Shown: one piece after another, positions 45,173-59,758 of the stretch
Layout: each line of letters opens with the position of its first letter
Numbering within the stretch: position 1 is the stretch's first letter
NCBI RefSeq assembly: GCF_022539665.2
Contig: NC_081333.1
Location: forward strand, 11,594,001 to 11,658,000
Source of the DNA: Daphnia carinata
Lineage: Eukaryota
DNA length: 64,000 bases
Reading direction: 5' to 3'
Program-made: the position numbers and the translations under genes
The notes under the pieces: generated by a model
Databases searched by the model: none
Told to the model about the DNA's origin: nothing
What the model saw: the letters and a program-made list of their open reading frames with translations, nothing else

Positions 45173-48100
45173 AAAAAAGGGCCATCCGGGTTGTTATCGT
45201 TGATGAGTCGCTGGCGTGTCTCTTTCATGACGCCATATAATGATTGAAGAGAAAATAGGAGGTGAAGATGAAATTTATTTTCGCACTCACTGTTGAAACC
45301 TTTTGTTTTGTTTTGTTTTTTGTTTTTTTTTAACTGCTCTTTGTTAGAGGGGCCAGTTGTTTAGACAAAAGTGGTGTCGCGCTGCGAGGACAACGTTGTT
45401 GGATCAATTTCAATGATGATGTTGATGGATGATTGTGGAATATTCAGACAAAAAGGATGATTAATGCAGTCGATTTTTTTTATATCCTCGTATGACGTCA
45501 CTCTTTATATATATATACAATGCTATAAATGAAACCTTATCACGAAAATGGTGTGTGTATGTGTACGAGGAAGGATCTCTTTCTTTTATTTTTTATTTTT
45601 TTTTTTTTTTGTTGGATGTGTGATGTGGTACGCTGATGATTGGAGACCATCATTGGCTTCAATCCATTTGATTGGCTTCTGTTTGTTCCTGTTGGTTTAT
45701 CGCTAGCGATGGGGGGGGGGAGGGAGGGAGGGAGGTAATGGGAAAAGCTAGACTCATCATTCGATTCCCGACCGCAGGTTCTTCTCCGGCCACTTAATTA
45801 CGTTTGTTGACAACCCTCATCTTCTCATTTTTGTCCCCCCCGCCTTCTTTTTCTCTTCCTATCTATTGCCAAGCGGACAAACAGCGAAGCTTTGCCTCCC
45901 CAGTTGGTATTTGTTATCTCATTTCAGGGGGGGTGGCGGCGTAATGTAAACTTTGATCACATCTCGATATTAAAAAAAATAATAATAATAATAATAACGC
46001 TCTCTGTAAATGTTTTGCGGGCGACGTCTACAGCTGGTCCGTCCGAGAATTCAAACAGTTTGACGTTTCGTTTGACATGAATGACAGGCTAACAGTTCGT
46101 TGGGTACTCACGAGCTATGCGTGAATGTAAATGCATTTACTCAACTGACAACCACTTCCTGTTAGACTGTTCTCTTAGGTCAAAATAAAAACGTTAAATT
46201 TCTATTTTGCTCATGAGGGAGAGCGAAAAAAAAAAAAAGAAGAAAGAAAGTAGAATCATACAACAAGTTCTCGGTCGTTGTTGTTGGTCGAGTTTTAAAA
46301 AAGAGCAACAAACGACAAGCCAGAAATAGCCGCTGTGCAGCTTCTTCGCTCCCAGTTCAAAATTGAAAGGGGGAGAGGATATTTGAATTTGGCTGGAGCG
46401 GCGAAGAAGAGCACTTGGATTGTGTACCACTGGGCAGAAGCGATTAAAACTAATAAATTCTCGAAAGAGAAAGAAGCCGTTATCGTAGATCTTTGGATAT
46501 TGGATCTCGAGGAAATTGTTTTTTACGTCCGAAACAAGGTCCGTAAAGAAGCCAGATTTTGATTGCAAGGAAAGGAAAAACAAATGACGTCGACGTACAG
46601 TATGTTTTAGACGCAATGAGGTCAACAACTTTGCGTCAGTTGTTCTTCAATTATCGAAGAGAAGTCCGTTTTTGTTGTTGTTGTTGTTCTTTAATTTCAA
46701 GCGATTTGTTTGAAAATAAAAACGCCCACTGAGCGAGTTTTAATTGGGATGTATTAAATCCTAATATCTTTTCATTTTTTTTTTTTTTTATTGCCTTGTG
46801 TATTACTTTGAAAAATAACGAAATGCATCAGCGACGTGTGGCCCATTTCTAAGCTCTTTGCTAAGAAAAATCGCCCGTCTGGGACTGTTTGTGTGTTTGT
46901 GATTTTTAGTTCACTTCTTTGACCTGTCAAACGACTCCCCAAAGAGTCTTCTCTGTTTTTTGTTTTTCCTTCAAAACTTGGAATTTTTGCTTTTCCATTC
47001 CCGTAGAAGCGCCCAGAAAATTTGTTTTAATTCCATGGCCGTCCAATCTATTTTTAACAATTGCCAATTTTTTTCTTTTTTTTTTTTTTGAAATGTAGTT
47101 AACCAAATCTTTTGCAAAATGCCGACAGCTACCCCCGCCCTCCCTTACGTGCGTAATCTCATCCTGGGCCGAAACTGCCATCGTGATAATTCTATCAAGG
47201 AAGAATGCCTTTTCTTTGCTAAGCATAACGTGCGTTTGTTGGCCTTTAAAAAGAAAACGTATCATTTAGGGCCGGACCGGCTCGAGGTCCCAACTTAAAA
47301 AAACATTTCCCTCTAAATTTACAGAGACACGCGAACGGCATTATGTCAGCAAAGAAAATGTGTAAGGGTCATGATCGCCCAGCGCTTTGACTTTTGAATT
47401 GGCAACGTAGCAAAGCATAGAGTGCGGGCGAAAAAAAAAAAAAAAAAAAAAAAAAATATGGTCCTATGGTAAATCTAAATTTAGTTTGGTGGCATGCGCT
47501 CTCTGCCCGCGTTTTCCACTGCGCGTGGGTTGAACGGCCAGTGCTATAACCAGCCCGCGTTACGTAAGCCCCCGTTACATCCATGTGTGGATCTGGAGGC
47601 TCTCGAGAACCGATAAACTATTGACTTCTTCTTCAATCTTTCCCCTCTTTTCATATCGAAAGTTTTGATTTCTGGGCCTCTCGTGTTAGCTTATATAACC
47701 ACGTTATAGTGAGCGGGAAAAAAAAAATAATAATGTTTTCACTCGATCGCCAATGACGCAGATAACAATAGGTGATTTATCTTGATTTGTAGCATTCAAT
47801 TCTTTTTCTTTTCTTTTTTTTTTTTTTTTTTAAATCTTGCAATTATGATGTCGCTAATCGCAAAATCCTCTTTCGCGCACCTTATCAGCCTTTTGTTTTG
47901 TTTTTTCCTTATCGCCCTTCTGTAATTTCTCTCTTGGTGACGGAAGACTCTGTTATTTATTTGATGGCGCTTTCCGGTTATGTGGCAAGCGGCCAATAGT
48001 GGTCATGTGTCGGCCGTTTGTACGGAACTAAATAGGCGATCGCTTTCTTTTTTTTTTTTTTCTTGGACGGACATGAATGGACATCGACAGAGTGGGGTGA

Positions 48101-49318
48101 GTGTTCACCGATTTTTCCCCCGCGAACCCTCCCTCCCCCCCCCTCCTCCACCAACGAGATTGCCGTCCAGCCGAGAAAGGGACAAAAGTTTTGCTCGTTC
48201 CTTCGAATCCCGATGAGCTTTTTCCATCCACTGCGACACGCATTCGTGTCTGAAATAAGAGATGACATGGTCGTCCATTTCCTTCCTCTTTTTTTCTTTC
48301 TTTTTGTGTTCGTTGTGTCTCCGGGAAATGAAAAGAATAAGAGACAGAGAAAAAGTCGGCTTGCCCTACAGGATTGGAGGCGTTGAACTGAACGAATGTT
48401 TCAGTGACAGATGCATAGGATCTCCCACCCTAGATTTAAGTCTTTTTTTTGTTTCCCCCCCCCCCCTTTTTTCCCACGTCGTCAATCCATCCGCATTCGC
48501 GTAATGAAAATAGGCTGACATTTGGGTTAGACTTAAAGTACACATAGATCCGCGTTACGTAGTCGATTTTTTTGTGTACCGCATTCAATCCCTTTTTCAT
48601 ATGTAAATATTTTTCTTCTTCCCGTGGCTGGGGCGCCCAACGCGGCGTGTTTGATTTCACAAGATGAAATTGAACAACCCGGATTGCTTGTTATCCACTG
48701 AGATTTATCGTTAGATCTCCATGGTTTCGCTCATCTTCTCCATTTTTTTTTTCTTTTTTTCTTTTTTTTTTCACATTAAACCGCTGAATTCCAAGATTTT
48801 CTTCGTGTCTTTTTACTCATTTCGTATTGTTTTCTTTTTCATGGCGGTTGCACCGTAGGCTTATTGCTGATCCCCTTTCAAGTTTTCGCCATGGCTGCCG
48901 TCTTGTTTTCATTTTTGCGCTCATCACCTTGTTATTCTTAGGGAAAGAAAAAGAAAAAAAAAAATCTGTTGTGAACAAAACAAAGGTTTTCCCTTTAGGT
49001 GAGTGAATGACGCCTCTATTGACGTCATCCACGGCCATCTGGATTCCTACTGTACTGGGTCAAGCTGAAGACCTGTCCCCGCTGTTGAGTTATGCATACC
49101 ACATCGATACACACTCGACGTCCTCTACGTTGTAGATTAAAAAACGATTATTAGTTGTCCATCCATCCGTCCCTTCTTTCCCAACCCGCGGGGTTACATT
49201 CATGCTTTAATAATGGTGTCTTTAAATTGGGTTCTCCATCAGACCAAAGGTAAATAACATCTCGCAATCATTAGCCTCGCCATTGACCCACGTATGGGTT
49301 ACGTAACGAGCTCTTGAT

Positions 49319-49350
<32 letters not shown>

Positions 49351-52300
49351 CTCTTGTTTTCTTCGAGCGATGGCGCGGTCGTGGCCCGTCAGTTGTACAA
49401 AGATGAGAAGCGATTCAATCGATGATGGTGAATAGCCAATCAATTTGAAACGGCTGCGTCTGTGAGGTATAACATTGACGGAACGAATAAGAACTACGAC
49501 CTTTTTGGTCAGCTAGGCCCAATAGCCATTGATAAGCTTCCAAAAAAATTTTTTTTTTTTGGCCCGTTCTACCGGTCTGGGCATGCTGACGTCAGTAAAT
49601 GGCCAAAACAAGGCCGTCTTTATTTTTTTTTATTTTTTTATTTTTTTTTTTTTTGTGCGTTCTTTTTCTTTTTAAACCTGCTTGTCATAATTCAACTAGA
49701 AGAGATACTAGGGTGAACGTAGAGAGAGGCTCTTGATTTTTGCCAACGCATGTGTTTCGATGCGGGTGCCAAAGACTGATAGCGCAACGTTACGCGATGT
49801 TTCTCCTTAAGTTTTCTTGGCATCATTTGGGCATTTCACGCTGCCGTAAGGCGGACTGTTTTTTTTTTTTTTGTTTGTTTGTTTTATTATGCTTATTATT
49901 ATTTTTTCTTTTGAGGTTTTTTATTTTTATTTTTTTTTTTTTTTTTCCCTTCTTCTTCTTCGGTTTGAAGTGCCTCGACGGTGGGGTTCTTGTCGTTGGT
50001 GCTTGTCTGTTCGTACGTCGTTTAATGACCGTGGCCTTATCGTAAACCTTTCAAAGTCGTCGTACTATGTATATATAGATTATGTAGTACAGCATAGCGC
50101 ATTGTGCGTCCGTCTCCAACCGTTTCCGTGAAGAGAAAAATGGCGACATTTTGACTGCACACCAACAGATTTAACGTCTGGTCGTAGAAATACTTCATAA
50201 GTAATCCTCATTAAATAATTTCATTTTATTTATTTATTTTTTTTTTTTCCTAAATATTTTTAACTGGTCATTTAATAATCAGTGGGACTGCCAATTGATG
50301 AATATTGTCCCCTATCATTTCCGGGATGATAACGTTTAAACGCATCTTATGACGCAAGCTTCTCTTATTCTCTGCCCAAATGTTATACATATTTTTATTT
50401 TTATTTTTTTCCCAATTTTGGCGCGGCCATTTTCATCTCACTCCTCCCGTTCTTTATTGGATCCGCTTGACTATATCCTTTCACTTCGTGAAGAAAAAGA
50501 GGTGGGGGGGGGGAAGGGAAACCAAAATCCCGAGACTATATGATCCTGTTCTGTGTGTTGCGTGAATGACGTGCACACACACTATATATTTATAGAAATT
50601 GAGTCTATAGACATGGCCGTCGGGCAGGTTGGCATCAGTTCCACGTTTTCTTGCTCTCCTCTCTTCCCCCTTTTTTTTCCCCATCATTTAAATCCTCGAC
50701 ACTCCCCTTCCCGTTTCTATTCTGTGTTAAGCTGAAAACCTTATTCTCGTGTTCGGCGTTCCCCCGTGAGTCGTCCACTACATTTAAAAAAAAAAAAAAA
50801 AAAAAGAGGTGGGGAGGAAGGAAAGCTTGGATATTGCGCATCGAGTAAAAGAAGAAGAGGCTCGGCTTCATATTCTTCCTCGTACGTGAAATGAAGCAGG
50901 GACTGTCTTTTCTTACGAAGAAAGTTTTTCTTTTTTGAATAGACCCACAGTTCCCGCCTTCTTTTCTTCTGTGTCGATTTTCCACAGGGGAAAAAAAGTA
51001 AATAGAATGATGAAGAAGTTAGGGAGAAAAAAGAAGGAAGGTGATCCAATATCACATCTGCCAAAGTTTCGATTCTCTTCTTCTTCTTCTTTTTTTTATT
51101 ATATCGAGCGAGACTATAACGAGGGGATGGAAGAAAGGTCAACTTTTGTTTACGTCAGTAACTTTATTCTTTGAAAAAAAATAATTGTAGGCCGTAGGTT
51201 GAGTGATGTGCTATAAGAGCATAAAGAATTATTGAATTTCAATAGAAACAATCTAATTGGATCATGGCTTTATCCCTTTTTTTTAACGTTCAAAAGAAAC
51301 AGATTGAATATGAATTTGCCTATCACAATCTTTCAGTTTCTATTCGTACTTGGAATTCGATATGGAAATTGCAATAGGGCATGTGTTAAACTCAAATCGA
51401 TTCTCAGAGTCTGCTGTCCATTGACGCCTTTTAAACGGTACACGATGTCACTCACGTATTTTTTCACGAGCGAAAAAAGTGACCCCCCCTTCTTTTAGAT
51501 ATTATTCATGTTATCGTTGTGATTCGGTGCGCTGTACGAGAAGGTCTTAATGTGAAACGTTTGGATCGATGAAAGAGTCAACAGCCGAACTAAAAGCTTC
51601 CCAGTTCTCCTCCATAATTGGTAACCGGAAGGTTTGGTCAAACGGCCGCGTTTTCGAGGACAACACGAAACCTTTCGGCAAAAAAAAAAAAAAAAGGGCG
51701 GGACTAACGTTAAAAAAAAAAAAAAAAAAAAAAACGATTTCTCTTTTATGAAGCGACGTGCCAACCATTGATAATCAAAAGGAGCGAGAGACACTCCCTG
51801 TGTATTGTCTTTATTTTCTTTTTCTTTTCTTTTTTTTTTTTCTGTTAAAACACAAAACAAATTGTCTTCTTTTTTCCGTCTCCGGTCCCGTCTTTGCACG
51901 CGACACAATGTGTCCGTCTCTAGAGGGAAACTCAGCATCTCGTTGGCAACTGGGGCACTGATGCAGACAATGGTCAGCAGCAGCCATAGAATGGCAGACT
52001 AACTGCGCCACTGTTAGAAAATTCGGCCCAGAGTCTGAGCCGTTTCAGCGGGCGGATGCAGTACCATTGCCTTCCTTTTTTTTTTTTTTTTGTTACTGGG
52101 ACATCTTTGAACATCAGCATATTCCTTGTTATTATTGGGCTTGCATAAATGGCTTTTGCAGACTTGGCGTTGAACTGGCAGATGATGCGGGCATCTCCTG
52201 TGCGTCCTCCTCCCCCCCTTCTTTTATATAATAGGGGCCCTCGTTATGCACAGAATGACACTTCTCCGCACATCGTCTCCGTGGATAGCGAAATCGATAG

Positions 52301-55300
52301 GCGGGTTGTGGGGAACTGGTGTGCGTACAAACGCAGCGACGTCATATTTGGGCTGACGTCGTACATCTGGAAAAGTCGATGACGTGTGTTTTTTTTTTTT
52401 CTTTTTTCTTTCCTTGGTTGGGTGGTGAGGTTACGTGGTTAAGAAAACAGGGTATCGGTGAAAAATAACTGGGCGAATGAGAGATAAATGGCGTATAGAA
52501 AATACACACGAACTGCTGCGCTTGTCAGAGAAGAAGAAGAAAAAGGAAATCGAGTGTGCGGAAGCGCAGCGAAAATAAAAGCGAAGACACGTGAGAGAGA
52601 GCGAGAGAGAGAGAGAGAGAGAGAGAGCAGAAGTTATCCGTCCATGTCGAGCTATCCTTCTTCCGCTTGGCCGCACCTTGTTTTCTCCACTTCTTCATCC
52701 ACCATTGAAGAATGAATTGATGATCAATGGATACGAGTTTGATAGAAAAATAGCTATCATACACACGTCTTTGGATTTAGCAAGTTGATACCAAAGTTTG
52801 TGATTGACGGAATTATTATTATTTTTTTTTTTCATCATGTTTAAATAGTATGACATTTTTCGCTAGTTATTGGATCACTACCCAAAACTTTGAAGGTCTT
52901 TTTTTTTTTTTTTTTATTTTAATGTTTTTCGATTTTATGGACGACGCCAAAAAAAAAAAGAGATCCTAAACTCGATGCGCTTTGAAAGAATTTGATGGCT
53001 GCCTTAACTTTTTTTTTTTTTTTTTTATTGCGGAGAACTTTGAGAGAAGAAAACGGATGGAGAACATTGTTCCCTTTTTTTTTTTTTTTTTTTCTTTCTT
53101 TTGATATATTTTTCTTTGCCTTTTTGGGGTAACGAACTTGTCGATACGTCGTAATTGATCAGTGATGGAACGAAAGAAACTCTTCTCCGACTCTGTGTCT
53201 TGGCGCCCTATTTCCTTCCGCTATCCCAAAGTGATAATCAAATGACGGAGCGAGTCGTGGTGGTGTGTGGTGGGCCTCGCCCATTTCCCTCTCTCTCTTT
53301 TTACACGCAACTGTTTTATACTTAGTTGCAATAGGAATGGCCCACGGCCTTTGTGTCGTTGTTCTCACTCTCTCGCACTGCCTTTTCTGTCTTTCTTCCA
53401 CGTCGACGTTCCGCCTATCAACCGACGTATTTCCACCAGCCGCTTCCGCCCAAAAATTCGACGTCTTTCTCTTCCTTTTTTTTTTTTTTTTTTTTTCTTT
53501 GCCCAATTCTGAAAGGTCAAGTCGTCACTAGACTGAATGAATGTCAACAACTTAATTCGTCTTTATTTTGAACTTTTGTTCTTTTTCACGCCGTAAAAGT
53601 GACGATGGACCTCATCATTTTTTAAACCGCCCTTTTTTAATGATTTAAGAGGTGAGGGGTAAACAAAAAAAAAAAAAAGCTTTGTAGCTTCGTGTACGTT
53701 AGGTTTTCATGCGGGGAAAACATCAATAACATAGTGGGCTGAAAGCTTTTTCCTGACGGCAGTGATTGAAAGGTGTGTCACCATTTAATGGAAGGTTGGA
53801 CAGAAAGGCAAAATTCTAAGAAAACACTCGCGTAATTTTGATGCATGAATAGCATGTCACTGACTACTCGTTCCCCCCCCCCCCTTTCTGTCAGACGCCC
53901 GCCTTTTCTTTAAAAAAAAAAAAAAATAGATATATTTTTTTTATTTATTTATTATAGACAAAGTGACGTTGATTTGATTCGATTTCTCGTTATTTGATTC
54001 AATCAACTGTACCCGGATCGCAAGAGCCCGGAAATATATGTATTCCCTTTATCCTTCTACATCCATTAATGTAGACATCCTCGTGAAGGGAAAGCTCGCC
54101 GTAGCTATTCGATTTCTGCATCAGGTGTAGGCTCTTCTATTTTTTCTTTTTTTTTTTGTTCCCCGCCGGCCATATGTGCGCTCGCACACCCACCAAAAAA
54201 AAACGTCTAATCATTTCATTCCCCCTTCTTTCCCATTATTTTTCGTGATAATAGGTGATTGTGTTACTGCGCAGACACCTATCGTTTTCTTTAGCGCTTC
54301 TCGCCGCCAGCGCCAAGGTGTCGTATCGATATATCATGGCGACCTCTGGCATTTCATTAATGCTGAATGATGTCATTATTATTAGCCCCATTCATTTCTT
54401 TCGCCCTCGCTTTTCGAAACGGCGCCCTTGTCAAAATGGCCGTCAAAAGCGGCAAGATGGATGCGCTTATATGCTTATAATGATGCCACACTTGGCTGAA
54501 CTTTTGCTCGTCAGACGTGAGCCATGACACTGGCCGTTCTCAGTTTTGTTTCCTTATTAAAAAAAAAAAAAAAAAAAAAAAGAATAAAAATAGAAAAGGA
54601 AACAATAGTGGAATTTCTTTTTTTTTTTTTTTTTTTTATGCATCATTCATCAAAGCTTTGCCAGAGGTTTGATTGCACTGCGACAATACGGAGCGCGTCT
54701 TACCATTCCCTTTTTTTTAATGTTTCTTTTTGAATTTCTAGTTATTTTTTGGGGTGCGAAATGGATGTACCTAAAGAAGAAGAATCGGCACAAAAAAAAT
54801 AAAAAATAAAAAGAGAGAGAGAGAGAAAGAACTAGAGGAATTGGAGACATCTTTTCTTGCTTCGTCGTTGGGGACGAAATAAGTGGATGGGTGGGGAAAG
54901 GGATGATGAATGATAAAGAGCAAGAAGATCGCTATCGTTCTCGTTGCTTTTCTTTCTCCATGCCATTCATCTCCGTTGTTCTCTGCTGGAGCGCGCTATA
55001 TTGCGATCTAGTAGGAGTATTAGGCTTATATTTCTTTTTCTTTCTCCTTTTTTTTTTTTTTTTTTTTTCTTGTGCGTCTCAAAAAGCTCCGCAGAAGAAG
55101 AAGAAGAAGAATTATTATTATTATTTTTTTTTTTTTTTTTTTTTTTGTTATCCCGCTAAAGCCGTTATGGTTGAATAGTAACGATTAGCCTCGTCCGTAT
55201 TTCCTGTGGTAGCCTGCTGCTGTTACATGCTTATATTCATCGTCTAGGAAATATAGAACAGACAGTGGCTCCTAAAAATGCCATAGAGTTCTCCTCCTTT

Positions 55301-55921
55301 TTTTTTTTTATTTTTTTTTTTTTATTTTTCCTTCTTTACCAAGAGATTAGTTATGATTTCCATCTGACGGCCAGGCAATAAACATGCAGTTAATGACGAC
55401 GGATATAAAATAAAGGGGTGGAAATAAATAAAACAAAAGCCCGCATTTTCATTGTTTCAGCTGAACAGTCGCCAAAAAAACAAAAAAAAACAAAAAAAAA
55501 AACACAACAACTTTACGGTTCATTTCATTCTTCCTTTTTCGTATTTTTATTGAACGGTGATTTAGATGAGAGGCAAGAAAGAAAAGAGGCATTTTCTTTT
55601 ATCTGAATCAATGTTAACATTTGTCGAAACATTGTCTTAGTTTGGCTTTTTTATTCGACCCCCTTTTTCTTATCAATCCGATGCCAACTATTAACAGAAT
55701 GCCCGGCGATCAGCTCTACAAAACAAAGAACGGATGTAGTAAAAGATAGGAAAAGGGTTACACGAAGAGGTCAATATAGAACACGCACACAAAAAACGAA
55801 AGTAAATTGGTTCCAGGGGCTTGCCAAAATGTCTATATCCCCCATCCGTATAGTTTTCAACACTGGCCACGGACGTTTGTACTGGGCACTCGTTAATGAA
55901 TGCCTACGAGTTATTTCCAAA

Positions 55922-55958
<37 letters not shown>

Positions 55959-58063
55959 TGAGCTACAAACCTCTCAATGTACTCTGGGCTTCGTCATCAA
56001 AACTCGATTGAGTCCTTCGTCTTTTATTTTGGATGAAAAACATCTTTGCTCATCCGCAAAAGCGCGTTGAATCGATGACTGTGCCAAACTTTTTTTTTTT
56101 TTTTTTTTTTTTTTGATTTGAAACACGAGACAGAAGAAGAACATTGACGGAGAGAGGGAGGAGACGTGACTGGACAATAGACACTCTTAGATTTGCTCAG
56201 TATACAGTGCCCATAAGATGAGAGAGAGGGGAAAAGAAGAAGAGGAAAGTGCTGGTGTGCGTCGATGCCCTCTCCTTTCAGTCGATAACGAACAAGAGGA
56301 TGGATATCCAGCAACTCATCAAATGTTGTTTAGCCTTTCACGACGCCCTCCTTTTTCTTTTTTTTTCTTCTTCTTTCTTTCTTTCTTTCTTCCTCTTTGT
56401 GCCGATCTGTGTGTATATGTGTCTGTTTGGCTGGAAATAGTCTGCTCTGTTTGCCCGTACAAAGTAGAAAACTCGCTTTGCTTTGTACATTTTGATTTTA
56501 TTACGTTTTGCCTTTTATCAACGACTATTTTCGTCGAGATAATAACAATTGGAAAAAATCAAGTTTTTTCTTATACATTCGGTGGGAAAAAGAACAAACT
56601 CTTGATACATGTTTTTGGTCGAGGTCACATCCTTCAAAAAAGCGACTGGACACGCAACGCTATCGTTACCCCTCGTCGGGGTAGTGACAGTTTTACACGA
56701 CATGACCATCGCAAACATAATAATACCTACCATTGTTCATAGCGTCTACAAACAAAGCAAAAGTGTTATGTTCGTGACGATAGTTTTCTTTGTTTCATTT
56801 CACATCTTGAAATGTGAATGTCTTTCAATTGATTTAATTTTATCCTTTTATTTATTTATTTTTTTTTTTTTCGTTTCAGGTCTTCGCAAAGTCTACCCGT
56901 ACTACTTTACGTTCACGACGTTCACCAAAGGTCGCTGGGTTGGAGAGAAGATACTCGACGTCTTTGCCAGAGAGTTCAGAGCTCATCCCGTCGAGGAATA
57001 TGTAAGAAAAAAATTTTAAATTTCGCTTCAACAAAAATGTTTTTGCGCGCATATTAAAAAAAAACGTGTCTTGATATTCCTGCTCTCTTGATTGTTACGG
57101 ACTAAAGTTTAGACTTGTTACGTATCGAGCGTTCTCCGACTGGCCGGGCTGCTTGTCTTAACGGCAGCGCAACACGCGCCGTCATTCTTCTAGACGGGTA
57201 GCAGCTGCGGTAACACGGAGAACCTCGTGTCAGTTGACACGCAAACAAAGCGCGTGACTCTTTGGGTTTTTTTTTTTTTCAATCTTGTCGGGAGGTCGTC
57301 ATTTCACGCTCCAGTTTGCTCCTTTTCTTTTTTTTTTTTTTTCAATTGGATGTTTCCTCCCCCTCCTTTTTTTTTTTCGTGCTCGGTTACCGTTTCCGAG
57401 GTTCTTTTTTTTTTTTTTCCCCCTTTTGTTCCCGACATTTTTTCGCTCGGTCGTTTCTTAGGACGATAGAGTCGAGTGTGAATCAAATGAAATTATCAAA
57501 GGATATTTCACGTTCATTGTGCTCAATTGTTGATCAATTTTTTATGATTCTTGGCGATGCAGGAGCGGTGCATCAAGTCCGGATCGCTGACGGTCAATTA
57601 TGAAAAGGTGGATATTGATTACCGACTGAAACACAACGATCTGTTAGCCAACATCGTGCACAGGTAAAAGAACAATGTTCTTCTTTTTTTTTTTTTTCCG
57701 TGTTACATTGAACTTTACAGGTTCATGAATTTTTTTTTGTGTATTTTTCCGATGAGCTCTTTCGTTCCTTTAAAACGTTCTGAATTCCAAACAATTCAGC
57801 ATAGCTTGTTAGCGATCGTTGACGTTTAATCTTTCAACCGTCAATGATGTCAAGACATTTCGAAAACGAAGTCGGCATGATAGGCTTATAGCTGTACACG
57901 TATCATAGACGAAAAACGAGAAACATGACGTCGCTCTCTCTCTCTCTCTAACCAAGTTGTTGTTGTGTGTTGTTGCGTACTGCTTGCGACCTGCTGATTG
58001 AATGGCGATGGAAACAAACAAACAAATTGTGTACATTTTATTTTTTCCAAAAACAAAACAAAA

Positions 58064-58105
<42 letters not shown>

Positions 58106-59724
58106 AAACGGCTGCGCAGACACGAGAGGCCCGTGATCGGGGATGCGGTGAGCATCGTCCACCTCGACGACGACTTGGTGGTCGTTCACAAGCCTCCCTC
58201 CGTCCCTGTAAGTTGTTATTCTTCTTTAATGATGTTCCTTTGTTGTTGTCGTTGTTGTTGAACGTCATTGATTGGCAAATTCCCCCAAAAAATAACCTTC
58301 TTTTTTTTTCCTCCTTTCCTTTTCTTATCTTCTTCCTTCATTCCTTGAACGAAAACATCCAAAGAAAACCTTTAAATTATAATTCCCCCCCCCCATTCTA
58401 AACAGCCAAAAAAAAAAAAAATTCCCCTTTCTTCTAATCCCCTCCTGCAATCTGGTATGGATATAGCCCGTACGTGAAATCCGAACCAATCAACATCGAG
58501 CTGGGCATCTCTCTTAATAGTATATCGAAATTCCTTTTTATTTTATTTTATTTTTTTTGCCCCGTGGTATAACCCCCTAAGTTCCTAGCCTCTTTCGCCC
58601 TTTCGTGATTGGGATACGATCCGGAAACTAGAGAAGGTTTTTATTGGGATATGGCAGGGAGGAAGATGTAGAATCTCTTTGATCCCCCTCCCCGAAGAGG
58701 TTCGAGTGTGCTGCCTTAGTTTTGCAAAGGATTTCAAAGACAATCAACAATTGAAGAGAACGCAGCTAATATCGCGTTCGTGATTAGCAGCGGCGGGTAG
58801 CGGCATGTTTCCTTTTACGTGGGGTGCATACACGTGGACACGCTGTTTTGAAACGTGCGTGCGCTCAAAAAAAAAAAAAAAAAAAAAAATGAGAACATTA
58901 CCAGTAGATGTGAAGTTGTACATATGTTGGAGATGATAGAGAAGAGTATCAAATCCAGTTGGTAGATCGTGGAATATCGATCCGAAGGGGGGGGGGGGGG
59001 GGGTTCGCTTGACACTCAAATGGAAATGGCCAAACATAAAAGAGAGGAGATGGAACGATATCAGCAAGGCCTCTTTCTTTCGTCGAGAACCAAATGTCTT
59101 CGATAATGAGATTACAAGACTTGATAGTAGAGTTATTATGTGAGAAACGAGGCGGAATGATGCCAGAAGAGGCAGAACATTCTTTTTGATCCGATTCCGG
59201 CCACAGGAAGGACGAAGGCTTTACGTATTTGTCTATTTGATTTGTCTTCTCTCTTTTTTTTTTTCCGATGCTCAAATTTGGAACAAAAAAAAGTTGTTTT
59301 CGACTTCATCGTGGATCAATCGAAAGAATTGATTTTTTTTTTTTCTTATTCCTTTTCTTCGCGCTCGTCATTAAAAAAGATGGCATAATTGCTGGCAATT
59401 GATTCAGAGTTCTCTTTCTTTAGATGTTCTTCTAGTACAATTTGAATTCACTTTAAAAAAAATAGGAACAAAATTTAATGCTTGTACGGGGGAGGGGGGG
59501 GGGGGACGACGAGCTCTGGTCGTCGGGTCCGTCTGGAACATTAAAGAATGAATAAAAATGGAAACGATTGTTCGCGTCGCTCGCCGTCGTTGCCCGAGAC
59601 CAGATTGAATCGTATGCGATTACGGTGGCCAACAAAAGAAGGGCCAGGTCGTTGTCACGCATCTCGTTGTGTAAAAGACGTGGCAGGTGGATGGTGTGTA
59701 ACGCATCTCAATCGTATCTCGGTG

Positions 59725-59758
<34 letters not shown>

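Noticed and set aside
46274..46420. Double hairpin considered as an H/ACA snoRNA
   Set aside because: No ANANNA hinge box between the hairpins and no properly placed terminal ACA.
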